A stretch of 64,000 nt of DNA from Candidatus Heimdallarchaeota archaeon (GCA_019058275.1 JAHLVW010000016.1:14541-78540), one strand, 5' to 3'. Numbered from the stretch's first letter, positions 38,359-48,880 are shown. A program made the numbers and translations. Notes: a model not told the origin generated them from the letters alone.

Positions 38359-38445
38359 TATATCTAATTCTTACTTCACAAGATTTTTTTTCTTAAAAAG
38401 ACTTTATACATGATAATAGAAGCATATTAATTGGAGATAGAGTAA

Positions 38446-39165
38446 ATGGCTAAAAAGCAACAATTTGATGCTGTTTTTTTTGATTTAGATGATACGCTTT
38501 TTAATAGTTCCTTAATGTCATTAACTGCAAGGAAGAATGCTATTAGAGCACTAAAAGAAGCAGGATTAGAGTTAGATGAAGATGATGCTTTCAAGATTCT
38601 TATGGGAATTGTAAAAGAGTATGGCTCTAATTATGGCGAGCATTTCAATAGATTAATTGAGAAATTAGGTTATGAGATTCACCCCAAACTTATAGCAGCA
38701 GCAGTTGTTGCATACCATACAACAAAATTTTCTTTGTTAAGACCATTTCCAGGTGTTATTCTGACTTTACTTACTTTAATGAAATCCATGAAAATCGGCT
38801 TAATTTCTGATGGTATAAAAATCAAACAATGGGAGAAGCTTACCTACTTGGGAATTCAACATTTCTTTGAAGCAGTAGTAATTAATGATTTGCCCAGCCA
38901 ATGGAAACCAGCTGATCATGGATTTAAAGTTGCTTTAAAGAAATTAAAACTAAGTGATGCAAGCAGAACCATTTATGTTGGGAATAAAATAGAGACAGAT
39001 ATCATAGGAGCTAATAGAATAGGTATGGTTAGTATTTTGTTTGAGCATGAGCAAAAAACAAATGTTACTGAACTTTCGAATGAAGAGAAACCAAATTACT
39101 TAATTGGTAGTAGCTCAGAGATTACAGAAATCGTTGGATTAAAACAATTGAGATGGAGATTTTAA
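38446..39165 (+). CDS. HAD hydrolase, archaeal TIGR02253-like
   Basis: FFDLDDTL, IKQWEKL, KP, YVGNKIETDIIGA. Confidence 0.88.
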   Translation: MAKKQQFDAVFFDLDDTLFNSSLMSLTARKNAIRALKEAGLELDEDDAFKILMGIVKEYGSNYGEHFNRLIEKLGYEIHPKLIAAAVVAYHTTKFSLLRPFPGVILTLLTLMKSMKIGLISDGIKIKQWEKLTYLGIQHFFEAVVINDLPSQWKPADHGFKVALKKLKLSDASRTIYVGNKIETDIIGANRIGMVSILFEHEQKTNVTELSNEEKPNYLIGSSSEITEIVGLKQLRWRF

Positions 39166-39302
39166 GAAAAATAAAGTAAAGAAAATGGTGTTTTAACTGA
39201 ATGAGGAGGAAACACCATTGAGTAATAAAAGTATTGAGGAAAAGAATTTTCCCCCGTTCACTTATTATTTTCGAATTATAAATAAAAATGAAAAATGGAT
39301 CT

Positions 39303-39569
39303 TTAAGCTTTACCTATAAATGGTTTAGCTTTAGAACCATCGGTACAAGTTGGTACATCTACTGATTTTCCGCATCCTTCAACGACACAGTTAAGTTTGT
39401 CACCTTCTAGTTCCATGACTTCTCCACAACAAACTGGCCAGTCTAGTGCTGAGCCATCTGGACATTTGAATAGCAACTTCATCTCTGATTCTTGTGCTTT
39501 TGTGGTAGTTTCTTTCAACTTTACGCCTTGTAGGTCTATTTCTGATACTTGCATTTCTTTTTCTGACAT
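39303..39569 (-). CDS. Small Cys-rich metal-binding protein (desulforedoxin-like PxCCG motif)
   Basis: 88 aa from ATG 39569; CPDG..WPVCCGEVM..C..GC..VPTC; GGTG upstream. Confidence 0.65.
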   Translation of the reverse strand: MSEKEMQVSEIDLQGVKLKETTTKAQESEMKLLFKCPDGSALDWPVCCGEVMELEGDKLNCVVEGCGKSVDVPTCTDGSKAKPFIGKA

Positions 39570-39724
39570 TGGTAGATAAACACCATCCTTTTCATAGAGG
39601 AAGATTTGATTATTATTTAATATTACGTTAGGGACATCTATAATATAAATTTGATTCATCAGATATATAAAGATAAAATGATGTAAAAATAAGGGGAATT
39701 TGTGAGAGAAAAAAGTACACAAAT

Positions 39725-40915
39725 TCAATTTGATAGATATTTTAAGGCTGTAAGTGCTAGAATTGAACAACCAAGTGGCAAAGCGTCTTCATCGATATCA
39801 TATTTCGGACTATGACCAGGATGTATAATTCCCTTTTTCTCATTTCTAATACCCAACCAAAACATTGATACTGGAATTCTATAATTATCACTGAATTCGT
39901 AAAAATCTTCAGCTCCCATGCTCGGAGCATCTGCTAGCAGTACTTTGTCTTCTCCCACCAATTCAATTGTAGCTTCCTTGATTAGTTTATTCAATTCTGG
40001 ATCATTTAAGCCAGGTGAATATCCTCTTGTTATTCCTGGTGTTATTTTCGCACCAAACGTCTTAGCTACACCATCTGCAATCCTTTTGATACTTTCATAT
40101 GTTGCTTCTCTTACTTCAGGTTTAAGTGCTCGAACGGTTCCAGTCAGATGTGCTTTTTCAGGAATAACATTGTATACTGTACCAGCGTTAAACGTCCCAA
40201 CCGTAACGACAACTGGATTCACAGGATCGGTGTTCCTTGATGCTATTGTTTGTAATGCACAAACAAGATTTGATGCAACTACTATTGTATCAATTGTATC
40301 ATGTGGAGCAGCAGCATGCCCACCTTTACCTTCAATATCAAACCAAATTTTATCTGCACTTGCTGTAAAACAGCCATCTTTTACCTTTATATGACCTACA
40401 TTAGTTTCATCATCTACATGAAGTGCGATAACAGCTGAAACATCTGGATCCTCAAGTGCACCTTCTTGAACCATTGGTTTTGCTCCGCCCAAACCCTCTT
40501 CAGCAGGTTGAAAGAATAATTTAATGTTCCCTTTTATCTTATCCTTCATTTTTACAAGAATTTTAGCAATACCTAACAACATTGTAGTGTGAGCATCATG
40601 TCCACAAGCATGCATCACACCATCGATTTTTGATTTGTATGGAACCTCATTTTCTTCTTGCAATGGTAAAGCATCCATGTCTGCACGAATTCCAATCGTT
40701 TTACCATCACCAGTCGTCCCCCTAATTAGTCCAACAACACCAAACTTAGCAACTTTTGTTTTAACTTCAATACCAAGCTCTTTTAGCTTTTTAATCACTA
40801 ATTCCGATGTCTTTTCTTCTTCATATCCTAATTCAGGATACATGTGAATGTTTCTTCTTGTTTCAATAACCTCATCTTTTATTTCTTGAGCTATCTTCCA
40901 CACTGCATCTTTCAT
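39725..40915 (-). CDS. M20D amidohydrolase/carboxypeptidase
   Basis: HMYPELGYEE, RADMDALP, HACGHD, FQPAEEG, GGHAAAPH, AEDF, HSP. Confidence 0.92.
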   Translation of the reverse strand: MKDAVWKIAQEIKDEVIETRRNIHMYPELGYEEEKTSELVIKKLKELGIEVKTKVAKFGVVGLIRGTTGDGKTIGIRADMDALPLQEENEVPYKSKIDGVMHACGHDAHTTMLLGIAKILVKMKDKIKGNIKLFFQPAEEGLGGAKPMVQEGALEDPDVSAVIALHVDDETNVGHIKVKDGCFTASADKIWFDIEGKGGHAAAPHDTIDTIVVASNLVCALQTIASRNTDPVNPVVVTVGTFNAGTVYNVIPEKAHLTGTVRALKPEVREATYESIKRIADGVAKTFGAKITPGITRGYSPGLNDPELNKLIKEATIELVGEDKVLLADAPSMGAEDFYEFSDNYRIPVSMFWLGIRNEKKGIIHPGHSPKYDIDEDALPLGCSILALTALKYLSN

Positions 40916-41009
40916 TAATTCTACCTCACATTACATTAATACACTGAAATTTAAAAGTAACTCAAAACTTGAGTTAATAATTGATTAACTATTGAGATTA
41001 CAAAAGAAG

Positions 41010-41300
41010 TTACTTTCTTAAACGATATTTGCTAATCGTGTTTAAAATGGATTTCTCAACATCAATATCTAAACCTCTTCCTAAAGCAATCACAGCGAAT
41101 AAAAGGTCGCCAAATTCCTCTGCAAGCTTTTCTTTAGTTGTTGATTTTCCTGGATGTAATCCTGCATCTATCTGTAATTCTTTAGAAAATTCACCTAATT
41201 CTTCAATAACGGGTTCGATTAACCATTCCTTTGACCAGTAACCACCTAATATATCAATCAATTGATCGACTTCTTTGCAAATTGATTCGAGATCAGTCAT
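41010..41300 (-). CDS. MazG-like nucleotide pyrophosphohydrolase
   Basis: GGYW, EELGE, EEFGDLLF. Confidence 0.85.
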   Translation of the reverse strand: MTDLESICKEVDQLIDILGGYWSKEWLIEPVIEELGEFSKELQIDAGLHPGKSTTKEKLAEEFGDLLFAVIALGRGLDIDVEKSILNTISKYRLRK

Positions 41301-41373
41301 TTACATCATCTACTATAAAATAGTCAAGTAATTCTTTAGAATAAAATTTAACGGTAATTTAGGTTAAATAATG

Positions 41374-43407
41374 TTATTCAGTTTGATATTCAGAAGCACT
41401 TACTAACCAAAAAGTTTCTTTTAAATATTCGATGCCTTGATTCAGATAAGTTTCCCTTTTCTTAGCTAGTTGTTCTTCACTTAGATCTTTCTTATCTAGC
41501 TTTTTCAATTCTTTTAGTTCTTTTTTGATTGAATCTGTGAATTTTTCCATTCCTAATTCATCTGCTAATTCAATTGCTTCTGTTAATTCTTCAATACCGT
41601 CTTCAATATCATTCTTATAAGCAAGAACTTTACCAAGAACTTTTTTCGTATACATCGTTAATGGCAGGAATTCTAAATCTAGAGAGATGAATAGCATATC
41701 ATCCATTGTTTGGAGTACTTCCTCCATTATAGAATCATCCTTCTTCTCTTGAAAATTCATAATTTGAACTACTGCTTTTTCAACTAATGCTAAAGCCATA
41801 GTTAAAGCTGAAGGAAATTCCTGTGCTTTTTCGAAGACAGTTTCTAAGAGCTTTTCTGCTTGAACAAGTTCCTTTTTCTGAATGTGGAAGCGTATTTTAG
41901 ATATCAATGCTTGAACATTTTCTTCTTCTGAATCATGAATTGAAGCGAATAAATCCGCTCTGCTCATATATGCTTCAGCTAAAGCTAGTTTTCCAATTGC
42001 TGTTGAAATTTCAAATAACCAATTAAGAATATCAAAGTAAATATCATTCTTGATGTTTAATTTCGTACAGTAATTTAAAGCATCCTCAAATTCATTAAAT
42101 GCTGAATCTAAGTTGCCAACAATCGCATTTAATTGTCCAAGCTTCATTCTATCAATCAATAAATCTTCTTCACTGTATTCGAATTTTAATTTGTAGATAA
42201 TCGCTCTACTCCTGTTTTCAACAGCAGACCAGAAATCACCTGAGATAAAATCAACATGCGCTAAACCATCATAGATTTTTGGCAATAAATAATCAAAACT
42301 ATTTTTCTGAGTGATATCTAGTACTTTTTTGAATGTGGCCAATGCTTCAGCATATTGACCATGTTTATAGGATATTTTTGCTAACGAAGTCAAAGCAACA
42401 GCCATGCCATAAAAGTCCTTCATATCTTCAGAAAGATTATAAGATTTAGTAAAATATTGCTCTGCTTTATTTTGCTGATCATTGTTCTCAGCCAATTGAG
42501 CTAGCAATGTTAAACAAATTGATACACCTATTCTATCCTTAAGTTTTTCATAAGCTTTTTTAGCTTCTAGATATGTTTTTTCAGCTGTAGTAATATCGCC
42601 TTGTTTCTCGATAAGTTGCCCTTTTATTCGAATAGCTTTTGCTTCTAATGCCAAATACTTCAACGTTTTAAAAGTTGTAAAAACCTTGGTTAGATAATTG
42701 TTAGCTTCATCCAATTTCCTTGACAAGATATTTGATAGCGCTAAATCTAACTCAAAATGCGTCATCCAATAATGATCACTAACTTCTTCTGCTAATTCAT
42801 AAACAGGAGTAATTTCATTGATAATTTCAGTTGGAGATAATTGTTGAGATTTAACTCGATTCTCAATGAGATAAGCAGGCATGAACTTATGATCAAAATC
42901 AGGTAATTTTCCTTTATTTTCTTCCTCAAATTTAGCAATCCTTTCCAAAATTGCCTCAAGTTTTTCTTTATCTTCAGTTCCTCTCACAAAATAAATTTGT
43001 GCTAAAACACCCAAACACTCAATAAACTGAAGGTGGTCATTGTCATTTTCAATTTTCTCTTTAATATCTTCCAAAATATGTGTTGCTTCGTCCATTTGAC
43101 CTTGAACAGCCAGAGCTAGGGCATACCAGATTCTAGCACCATCATTATCATATTCTTTGCTTTTGAATTCTTCAGTTTTAAAGAAATCATATTGTGATTG
43201 GAAATAAGCAATTTTTGATGCTAAATAAATAATTTCAGTATCTTCTGGAGGTAGAGTTGGTGATTTGGAAATTTTCAGGAACCTATTGAAAAAAACATGT
43301 ATATTAGAAGAATCTTGATCTAATCTTTCAAATTGAAACTCAATTGCATCCAAAGAATCTTTTGATAGTCTTGTTTCATGTAATTGAAATGCTTTTGGAA
43401 ATACCAA
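41374..43407 (-). CDS. Tetratricopeptide-repeat protein
   Basis: Tandem TPR-like units (AKAIRIKGQL..GDITTAEKTYLEA; ALTSLAKISYKHGQYAEALATFKK). Confidence 0.85.
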   Translation of the reverse strand: MVFPKAFQLHETRLSKDSLDAIEFQFERLDQDSSNIHVFFNRFLKISKSPTLPPEDTEIIYLASKIAYFQSQYDFFKTEEFKSKEYDNDGARIWYALALAVQGQMDEATHILEDIKEKIENDNDHLQFIECLGVLAQIYFVRGTEDKEKLEAILERIAKFEEENKGKLPDFDHKFMPAYLIENRVKSQQLSPTEIINEITPVYELAEEVSDHYWMTHFELDLALSNILSRKLDEANNYLTKVFTTFKTLKYLALEAKAIRIKGQLIEKQGDITTAEKTYLEAKKAYEKLKDRIGVSICLTLLAQLAENNDQQNKAEQYFTKSYNLSEDMKDFYGMAVALTSLAKISYKHGQYAEALATFKKVLDITQKNSFDYLLPKIYDGLAHVDFISGDFWSAVENRSRAIIYKLKFEYSEEDLLIDRMKLGQLNAIVGNLDSAFNEFEDALNYCTKLNIKNDIYFDILNWLFEISTAIGKLALAEAYMSRADLFASIHDSEEENVQALISKIRFHIQKKELVQAEKLLETVFEKAQEFPSALTMALALVEKAVVQIMNFQEKKDDSIMEEVLQTMDDMLFISLDLEFLPLTMYTKKVLGKVLAYKNDIEDGIEELTEAIELADELGMEKFTDSIKKELKELKKLDKKDLSEEQLAKKRETYLNQGIEYLKETFWLVSASEYQTE

Positions 43408-43711
43408 TTATTTGCCCTCAGTTTCCAACTTAGTAGTATTTTATATCTCGACCTAAAAAACAGTTTCCTATTATGTGGATATTTCTATTCTTAGGTTATT
43501 CTGAAGAGTAGTTATTTATTAGTGTTGGAGTTTTTTAATGTTTATTATTGATTAAAAAGTTAAATTAAAAGTCTTTTTAAGAGCAAAAGTAAAATACTCA
43601 AAAGAAATTTCCCTATCTAAAAGATAATAAGGTAGTTTAACAGCTTTTTTCTACAAGAAAAAGCTTTTTCAATTTAGACAAGAACAATTTTTCGAATAAC
43701 GGTGATTAAAT

Positions 43712-45184
43712 ATGAGTGATGGAGCTAGCAACATGAGTCAAAAGCAACTTGAGAAATTGCAAAAGAAAGCTAAAGAAATGGGTTATTCAAATTTAGCATT
43801 TTTCGTTGATGATATCGATATGCTTTTGCGTCCTGCTAATTTATTGAAACAAAAAGATATGAAGTATTTTGAGCTTGAAAATTTGATTTCACTTCTCAAT
43901 AGCAAGAATGTTAGCTTAGGTATGGCCCCCCGTATGATAAGCATGGTTTCAAAATATTCTGAGAGGAATGAAGAATTAGAAACAGAAAACGCTTCATTGA
44001 AGCAATCCAATATAACCATGCGAAGTAAGTATCAAACTGCTGAAGCTCATGTTAAAGAGCTTACCAAGCAATTATCTGACCTTTCCGTTGGGTCAAAAAC
44101 AGACGCAAAGATTAGGGAGCAAAATATTAAGCTTATAGAAGAAAACAAGTACCTAAAAATGACAAATGATTCATTATCAGGCGACTTGAAGAAAACAAAG
44201 GAAAAACTTGACCAGAAGTTAGACGAAGCTAATAATCTTGAAGTTGAAAACACTCAATTGGAGTTAAAGGTTAAAGACTTAAAACGAGAATTAAAGGAAG
44301 TAAGTCTTGAATATGAAGAAATAAAGAAGAAAGGAACAGGAGAAGATCAAACTAAGAAGAAAATTGAGGAATTGATCGAGGAACTTGATGAGCTTTATGG
44401 AACTATAGATGATCCATTTAAAAAAGAGTTCTTAGCCTTTATGGGAGTAGAATTATCAGAAATTGTTGATGATAGACATATCACCAAACAAAAGGTCTTG
44501 AATCAGATATCTATACATGCAAGGGAAATTGAAAAAATCTTTGAACCCCAAATTGCTACTCTTAAGAGAGCACAAGCAACAGCTTCGCAAATTGCAACAA
44601 CTCCAGTAACAAGAGCATCTATGAAAACAGAAAAAGTCAAAGAATCTGAAGAAAAGGATATAATTCCAGAACCAGTAAAAAGGAAAGCACTTGAACCAGT
44701 CGAAACACCAGCTGAAGATGACCTTGATATTCCTGATGAAGATGATGTTGGTGATAGATATGTTAAACCTAGTGAGTTCTTAAAGGGTAAAAGCGTACAT
44801 ACAGGAGAAGCAGTTAAAGAGAAGGAAGCTCCAGTAACTGCAGAAGATGGTGGTTTAGAACTTGCAGAAGAAGCTGTAATTCCTAAACTAAAACCCGTTT
44901 CTTATCCTAAGGAAAAAAGGAGATCTAAGAAAGTAGCTCCTGTTGATAGAACTCCAAGTCCAGAATTGATAAAAGTCTTTGATGTTTTTATCAAATATTT
45001 AGAAGCAATTACTGATAACAACTCTTACAATGATATCTGCGATAAAATCATTGAGCAATTGTACGAACACGTTGGTTCTCCTGGTATGACCAAAGTGTAC
45101 AAAATTAAGAGCGGTGGCGTAAGGCGAAAGCAACTGCTTGTAGATCTCTTAATAAAATGGAAAGCAAAATTACCTGAAATGTAA
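43712..45184 (+). CDS. Coiled-coil protein with disordered linker and small C-terminal helical domain
   Basis: Heptad region aa ~80-230, P/E/K-rich linker, helical C-terminus ending WKAKLPEM. Confidence 0.7.
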   Translation: MSDGASNMSQKQLEKLQKKAKEMGYSNLAFFVDDIDMLLRPANLLKQKDMKYFELENLISLLNSKNVSLGMAPRMISMVSKYSERNEELETENASLKQSNITMRSKYQTAEAHVKELTKQLSDLSVGSKTDAKIREQNIKLIEENKYLKMTNDSLSGDLKKTKEKLDQKLDEANNLEVENTQLELKVKDLKRELKEVSLEYEEIKKKGTGEDQTKKKIEELIEELDELYGTIDDPFKKEFLAFMGVELSEIVDDRHITKQKVLNQISIHAREIEKIFEPQIATLKRAQATASQIATTPVTRASMKTEKVKESEEKDIIPEPVKRKALEPVETPAEDDLDIPDEDDVGDRYVKPSEFLKGKSVHTGEAVKEKEAPVTAEDGGLELAEEAVIPKLKPVSYPKEKRRSKKVAPVDRTPSPELIKVFDVFIKYLEAITDNNSYNDICDKIIEQLYEHVGSPGMTKVYKIKSGGVRRKQLLVDLLIKWKAKLPEM

Positions 45185-45240
45185 AAAAAATAGATTTACG
45201 TGAGAGAAGAGATTAAACTCGTCTTTCAAACTCATTCTTT

Positions 45241-45675
45241 TTAAAGCTGTATTTCTGCAATCTGATTTAATGCATGTGCAGTCATGCCACTTTTAATAAA
45301 TCTGAGTCGTACTTGTTTTGATTTATCTTTTCCATGAATTCCAATAACTATTCCTTTTGCTGTTGCTTCGCTTTCTGGGAACTTTATTATGAATTTTTTA
45401 CCAATTAATGTTTTATGATTATACTCGTCAAAAATTTTAGCAATAGCTTGATTTGTTGTTTGTAATCTATTATTTCTACGATAGCTCATAATAATAGCCT
45501 TAACCACTTTAGGCTTTCTAGCTGCAGGTTTTTTGGTTGCTGTAGTAGTTTTCTTAGTTGTTGGTTTCTTTGTTGTTTTAGCTGCAGGTTTTTTAGCTAT
45601 AGTTGAGCTTTTTTTTGTAGAAGATGAGCTTTTTGATGTTGGTTTCTTTGTAGTTTTTTTACTTTTTCGTGACAT
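45241..45675 (-). CDS. rpl35ae: 50S ribosomal protein eL33 (L35Ae) with Lys/Thr/Ser-rich N-terminal extension
   Basis: KAIIMSYRR..QTTNQAIAKI..LIGK..KGIVIGIHG..VRLRF..ALNQ matches L35Ae. Confidence 0.85.
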   Translation of the reverse strand: MSRKSKKTTKKPTSKSSSSTKKSSTIAKKPAAKTTKKPTTKKTTTATKKPAARKPKVVKAIIMSYRRNNRLQTTNQAIAKIFDEYNHKTLIGKKFIIKFPESEATAKGIVIGIHGKDKSKQVRLRFIKSGMTAHALNQIAEIQL

Positions 45676-45799
45676 AAGAAATCACATTCTTTATCCTCTA
45701 ATTTAGGGGATAAAAGGTCTATTCTAAAAGGTTTTCCCTACAACTGATTTTTCTCAAGGATAAGCAGTCATGTAGAGTTTAAGTAAAAGCTCAATAAAG

Positions 45800-47230
45800 C
45801 TACTTCACTATCTCACTTTTAAATTGAGTTTCAACCTTTAAGAGCGTATTTTCCAAACTCTCCAAAAATTCTTCAATTTCTTTCTTCTTTATATTTACAA
45901 CTCTGCCAGATTGATGTACGAGAGTGTTCCTTTTCTTGCGGATTGTATTGAACGCTTTTTCTTCTTTTTCGGAAATGAATTCTTTATCTTTAAGAAATTG
46001 CAATATCATTGAGAAATTTGTGTATATCTCAATTGGAGCATCATATCGTTCTATTAAACTCTTGAATAACTGCTCAGTTGATCTGAATAAAAATACTAAT
46101 GAGGTTGCATGTTCTTCTTCTGATATTTTATCCCAAAGTTTTAAACGATTTTTAACATACTCGATGTCAGTTTTTAGTGATGTTACTTCATGCTCATAAC
46201 TAAAGACCCCTCTAGCTATTTCATAGAAGGGACTGTCAAAGAAGCGATCCTTAATTATTGCAGTTTGTTTTGGTGAAACTTTCAAACTATCTAATATAGG
46301 TCTATAGATTCTCCAAGCTTGTTGCTTTGCTACTTGATTTCTAGCATAAACACGTAATGCTTCAGATAATGGTTCAGCAAATTCATCCCGAAATATTAGA
46401 TCAATACGTCTTGGATGTTTTCTAATTAATCTATCACCAACTAAATTTTCAATTGGAAATTGACTTAATGCTCTGATGTAGTTATTTCTTTTAATCTGTT
46501 CCTCTTCATCAACAGGAATAACTATTGGTAACGTTTCCAACATTAATTTTCTTAATCTACCTACTGAATAATAAGCAAGGATATCACTTAAAATTGTCAT
46601 TACAGCAAAGATTGAAACAAAGATTGCAATATTAACTGGATTATCGATTTTATCAATCACAACAAAATCCAATTCAATTGGTCTGAAATGCAATATTATT
46701 ACACCTATCAAATCAGCTAATGAAAGAATGGACCACATAGTTGAGAACAAGAATAAAGTTTCAAAACTGCTAAGTAAAGTTTCTTTTCTACTACTACGAG
46801 TTCTACTAACATATGAGTCGATATATAATCCTCTTACTTCTTCAACTAATTCAGGTATAAGTTGTTCATCTATTGCTTGATGTATTTTAGCTTTTTGTTT
46901 TTCTGTCAAGCTTTCTTCATCATCTGAAAAAATGAAAAGTGATTCAATGTTATTTTTCAGACTTGTTTCATATGATTTCCCTACACTACTAACAAAATAG
47001 ATGAACATTGGTGATATCATGTAGAAGAATAGAGCTGGAGCTATTAACATTAAAGCCCATAAAATAATACCCCAATTCAACTCAACACCTTTTGCTGAAG
47101 TATAAATTGCATAAACAATAAACTCAAGGATGATGGGAGAATAAACACCAAGTAAGAATCTCTGATTAAAGAGAGCGTTAGTAGTCCTTAACCGTGAAAA
47201 ATAGCCAGATTCACTCAACAGATTCACCAA
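45800..47230 (-). CDS. Membrane protein (about 4 TM) with C-terminal HEPN domain
   Basis: Two TM hairpins; C-terminal SLVFLFRSTEQLFK..IRKKRNTLVH with the R-N-x3-H motif. Confidence 0.72.
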   Translation of the reverse strand: MVNLLSESGYFSRLRTTNALFNQRFLLGVYSPIILEFIVYAIYTSAKGVELNWGIILWALMLIAPALFFYMISPMFIYFVSSVGKSYETSLKNNIESLFIFSDDEESLTEKQKAKIHQAIDEQLIPELVEEVRGLYIDSYVSRTRSSRKETLLSSFETLFLFSTMWSILSLADLIGVIILHFRPIELDFVVIDKIDNPVNIAIFVSIFAVMTILSDILAYYSVGRLRKLMLETLPIVIPVDEEEQIKRNNYIRALSQFPIENLVGDRLIRKHPRRIDLIFRDEFAEPLSEALRVYARNQVAKQQAWRIYRPILDSLKVSPKQTAIIKDRFFDSPFYEIARGVFSYEHEVTSLKTDIEYVKNRLKLWDKISEEEHATSLVFLFRSTEQLFKSLIERYDAPIEIYTNFSMILQFLKDKEFISEKEEKAFNTIRKKRNTLVHQSGRVVNIKKKEIEEFLESLENTLLKVETQFKSEIVK

Positions 47231-47311
47231 GTAATTAACTGAAAAAGTAATTTAAGAATGCTTCTTAAATATTTATTGAATTACTATCATATGTTGTATT
47301 AACAGATTGAG

Positions 47312-48709
47312 GTGGGACCAGAAATAAACAGACCAATAATCAAAAATAGAGATATCCTACTTAATCCTCTACTTGAAAATGATATAATCAGTATAAGAAA
47401 GGTTGTTTTAGATATCCTTGAAGCTGGTGTGCTAGCTGCTGATCCTCAAGATGCTGTAATGAGAGCCATTTCATGTAATGAAGATATGATTATTCTACCT
47501 GATGGATTAAAAAAGAAATTTTCTGAAATAGACAGAATATTCGTCATTGGTGTGGGAAAAGCCTCTGCTGCTATGGCAAATGCTCTCGAGACATTATTAG
47601 GTGAAAAGATCAGTAATGGTTATATTAATATCCCAGAAAATCAAAATTTAGAACTATTTGATTTAAAGAAAGTCAAGGTTAATCCTGCAGGTCATCCTCT
47701 AGTTAATAAAGGGAGCATTGAGGGTACGAAGAAAATAATTGGTTTGCTAAAAGACCTAACAACTTCAGATCTCATTTTCTGTTTACTAAGCGGAGGAGGT
47801 TCAGCACTCTTAGAATTGCCTGCTGATGGGATAACTTTAGATGATCTAAATTTGCTATTTAAGGAATTATCTCGAGTAGGTGCAACAATTCATGAATTAA
47901 ATACTCTGAGAAAACATCTTTCTAAGGTCAAGGGAGGAAGACTCGCTCAAGCAGCACAACCTGCTATGGTTGTTTCACTTATTATTAGCGATGTTGTAGG
48001 TGATGACCTTGATACTATAGCTTCTGGACCTACTGCTCCTGATAGATCAACTTGGTTAGATACCAAGAAAATTATTGAGAAATATAATCTTTCAGAGACC
48101 ATTCCAAGTTCCATAATGAAGATTATTGATGAAGGAATTAACGGGATAATTGATGACACTCCGAAATTCAACAATCTTGTTTTTAGGAATGTGAAGAATA
48201 TAATAATTGCATCTAATAAATTGTCATGCAATGCAATGAAAGAATATGCAGAAGGTATTGGTTTACAGTCCACTATTGTTACAACTTCCTTATGTGGTGA
48301 AGCAAAGACAATTGGTAAAGATCTTGTAAAAGATATACGCGAACAACAAAACAAAACTGCACTTATTATGGGTGGGGAAACGACAGTAACTATAAAAGGA
48401 AAAGGAAAGGGTGGGAGAAGTCAGGAATTAGTTTTAGCAAGTTGTGAAATGATTGGGGATGAAAAGGGATTAGCTATAGCAGCTATTGGTTCTGATGGAA
48501 TTGATGGACCAACTGATGTAGCAGGAGCAATTGTTGATAATTATGTATCTCAGCAAGGACAAAAATTAGGATTAAAAATCAGCAAGTATCTTGAAAATAA
48601 TGACTCGTATAATTACTTGAAAGAAACTAAAAGCCATATTATCACTGAACTGACAGGTACTAATGTAATGGATCTTATAGTAGCAGTTAAAATGAGCTCA
48701 AAAATGTAG
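47312..48709 (+). CDS. gck: Glycerate 2-kinase (MOFRL family)
   Basis: IGVGKASAAMA, AGHP, LSGGGSAL, RKHLSKVKGGRLA, IASGPT, GGETTV, GGRSQE, DGIDG, TGTNVMD. Confidence 0.93.
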   Translation: MGPEINRPIIKNRDILLNPLLENDIISIRKVVLDILEAGVLAADPQDAVMRAISCNEDMIILPDGLKKKFSEIDRIFVIGVGKASAAMANALETLLGEKISNGYINIPENQNLELFDLKKVKVNPAGHPLVNKGSIEGTKKIIGLLKDLTTSDLIFCLLSGGGSALLELPADGITLDDLNLLFKELSRVGATIHELNTLRKHLSKVKGGRLAQAAQPAMVVSLIISDVVGDDLDTIASGPTAPDRSTWLDTKKIIEKYNLSETIPSSIMKIIDEGINGIIDDTPKFNNLVFRNVKNIIIASNKLSCNAMKEYAEGIGLQSTIVTTSLCGEAKTIGKDLVKDIREQQNKTALIMGGETTVTIKGKGKGGRSQELVLASCEMIGDEKGLAIAAIGSDGIDGPTDVAGAIVDNYVSQQGQKLGLKISKYLENNDSYNYLKETKSHIITELTGTNVMDLIVAVKMSSKM

Positions 48710-48880
48710 ATATTGCATATGCTTAAATCCTTATACTTAAATTAATAGACTTTTATATAGGTAGTATACTAGGATATTATTAGTTTCAAAGGGCCTTACA
48801 ATCAAATCCTTTGAACTAAAATGCAAAGAATGGTAAATTTATAAGATAGTTGTAGTTATAAAATATCGAGTGTGTAACAA

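Noticed and set aside
39570-39770. N-terminal 67 aa of the listed 155-aa ORF
   Set aside because: It is AT-rich promoter-like sequence overlapping the upstream gene's end; ATG 39569 is the better start.
39918-40394. Short ORFs nested in or antisense to long genes (this one, and e.g. 5020-5328, 47947-48354, 54085-54471)
   Set aside because: They lie fully within well-supported genes and have no recognisable motifs.
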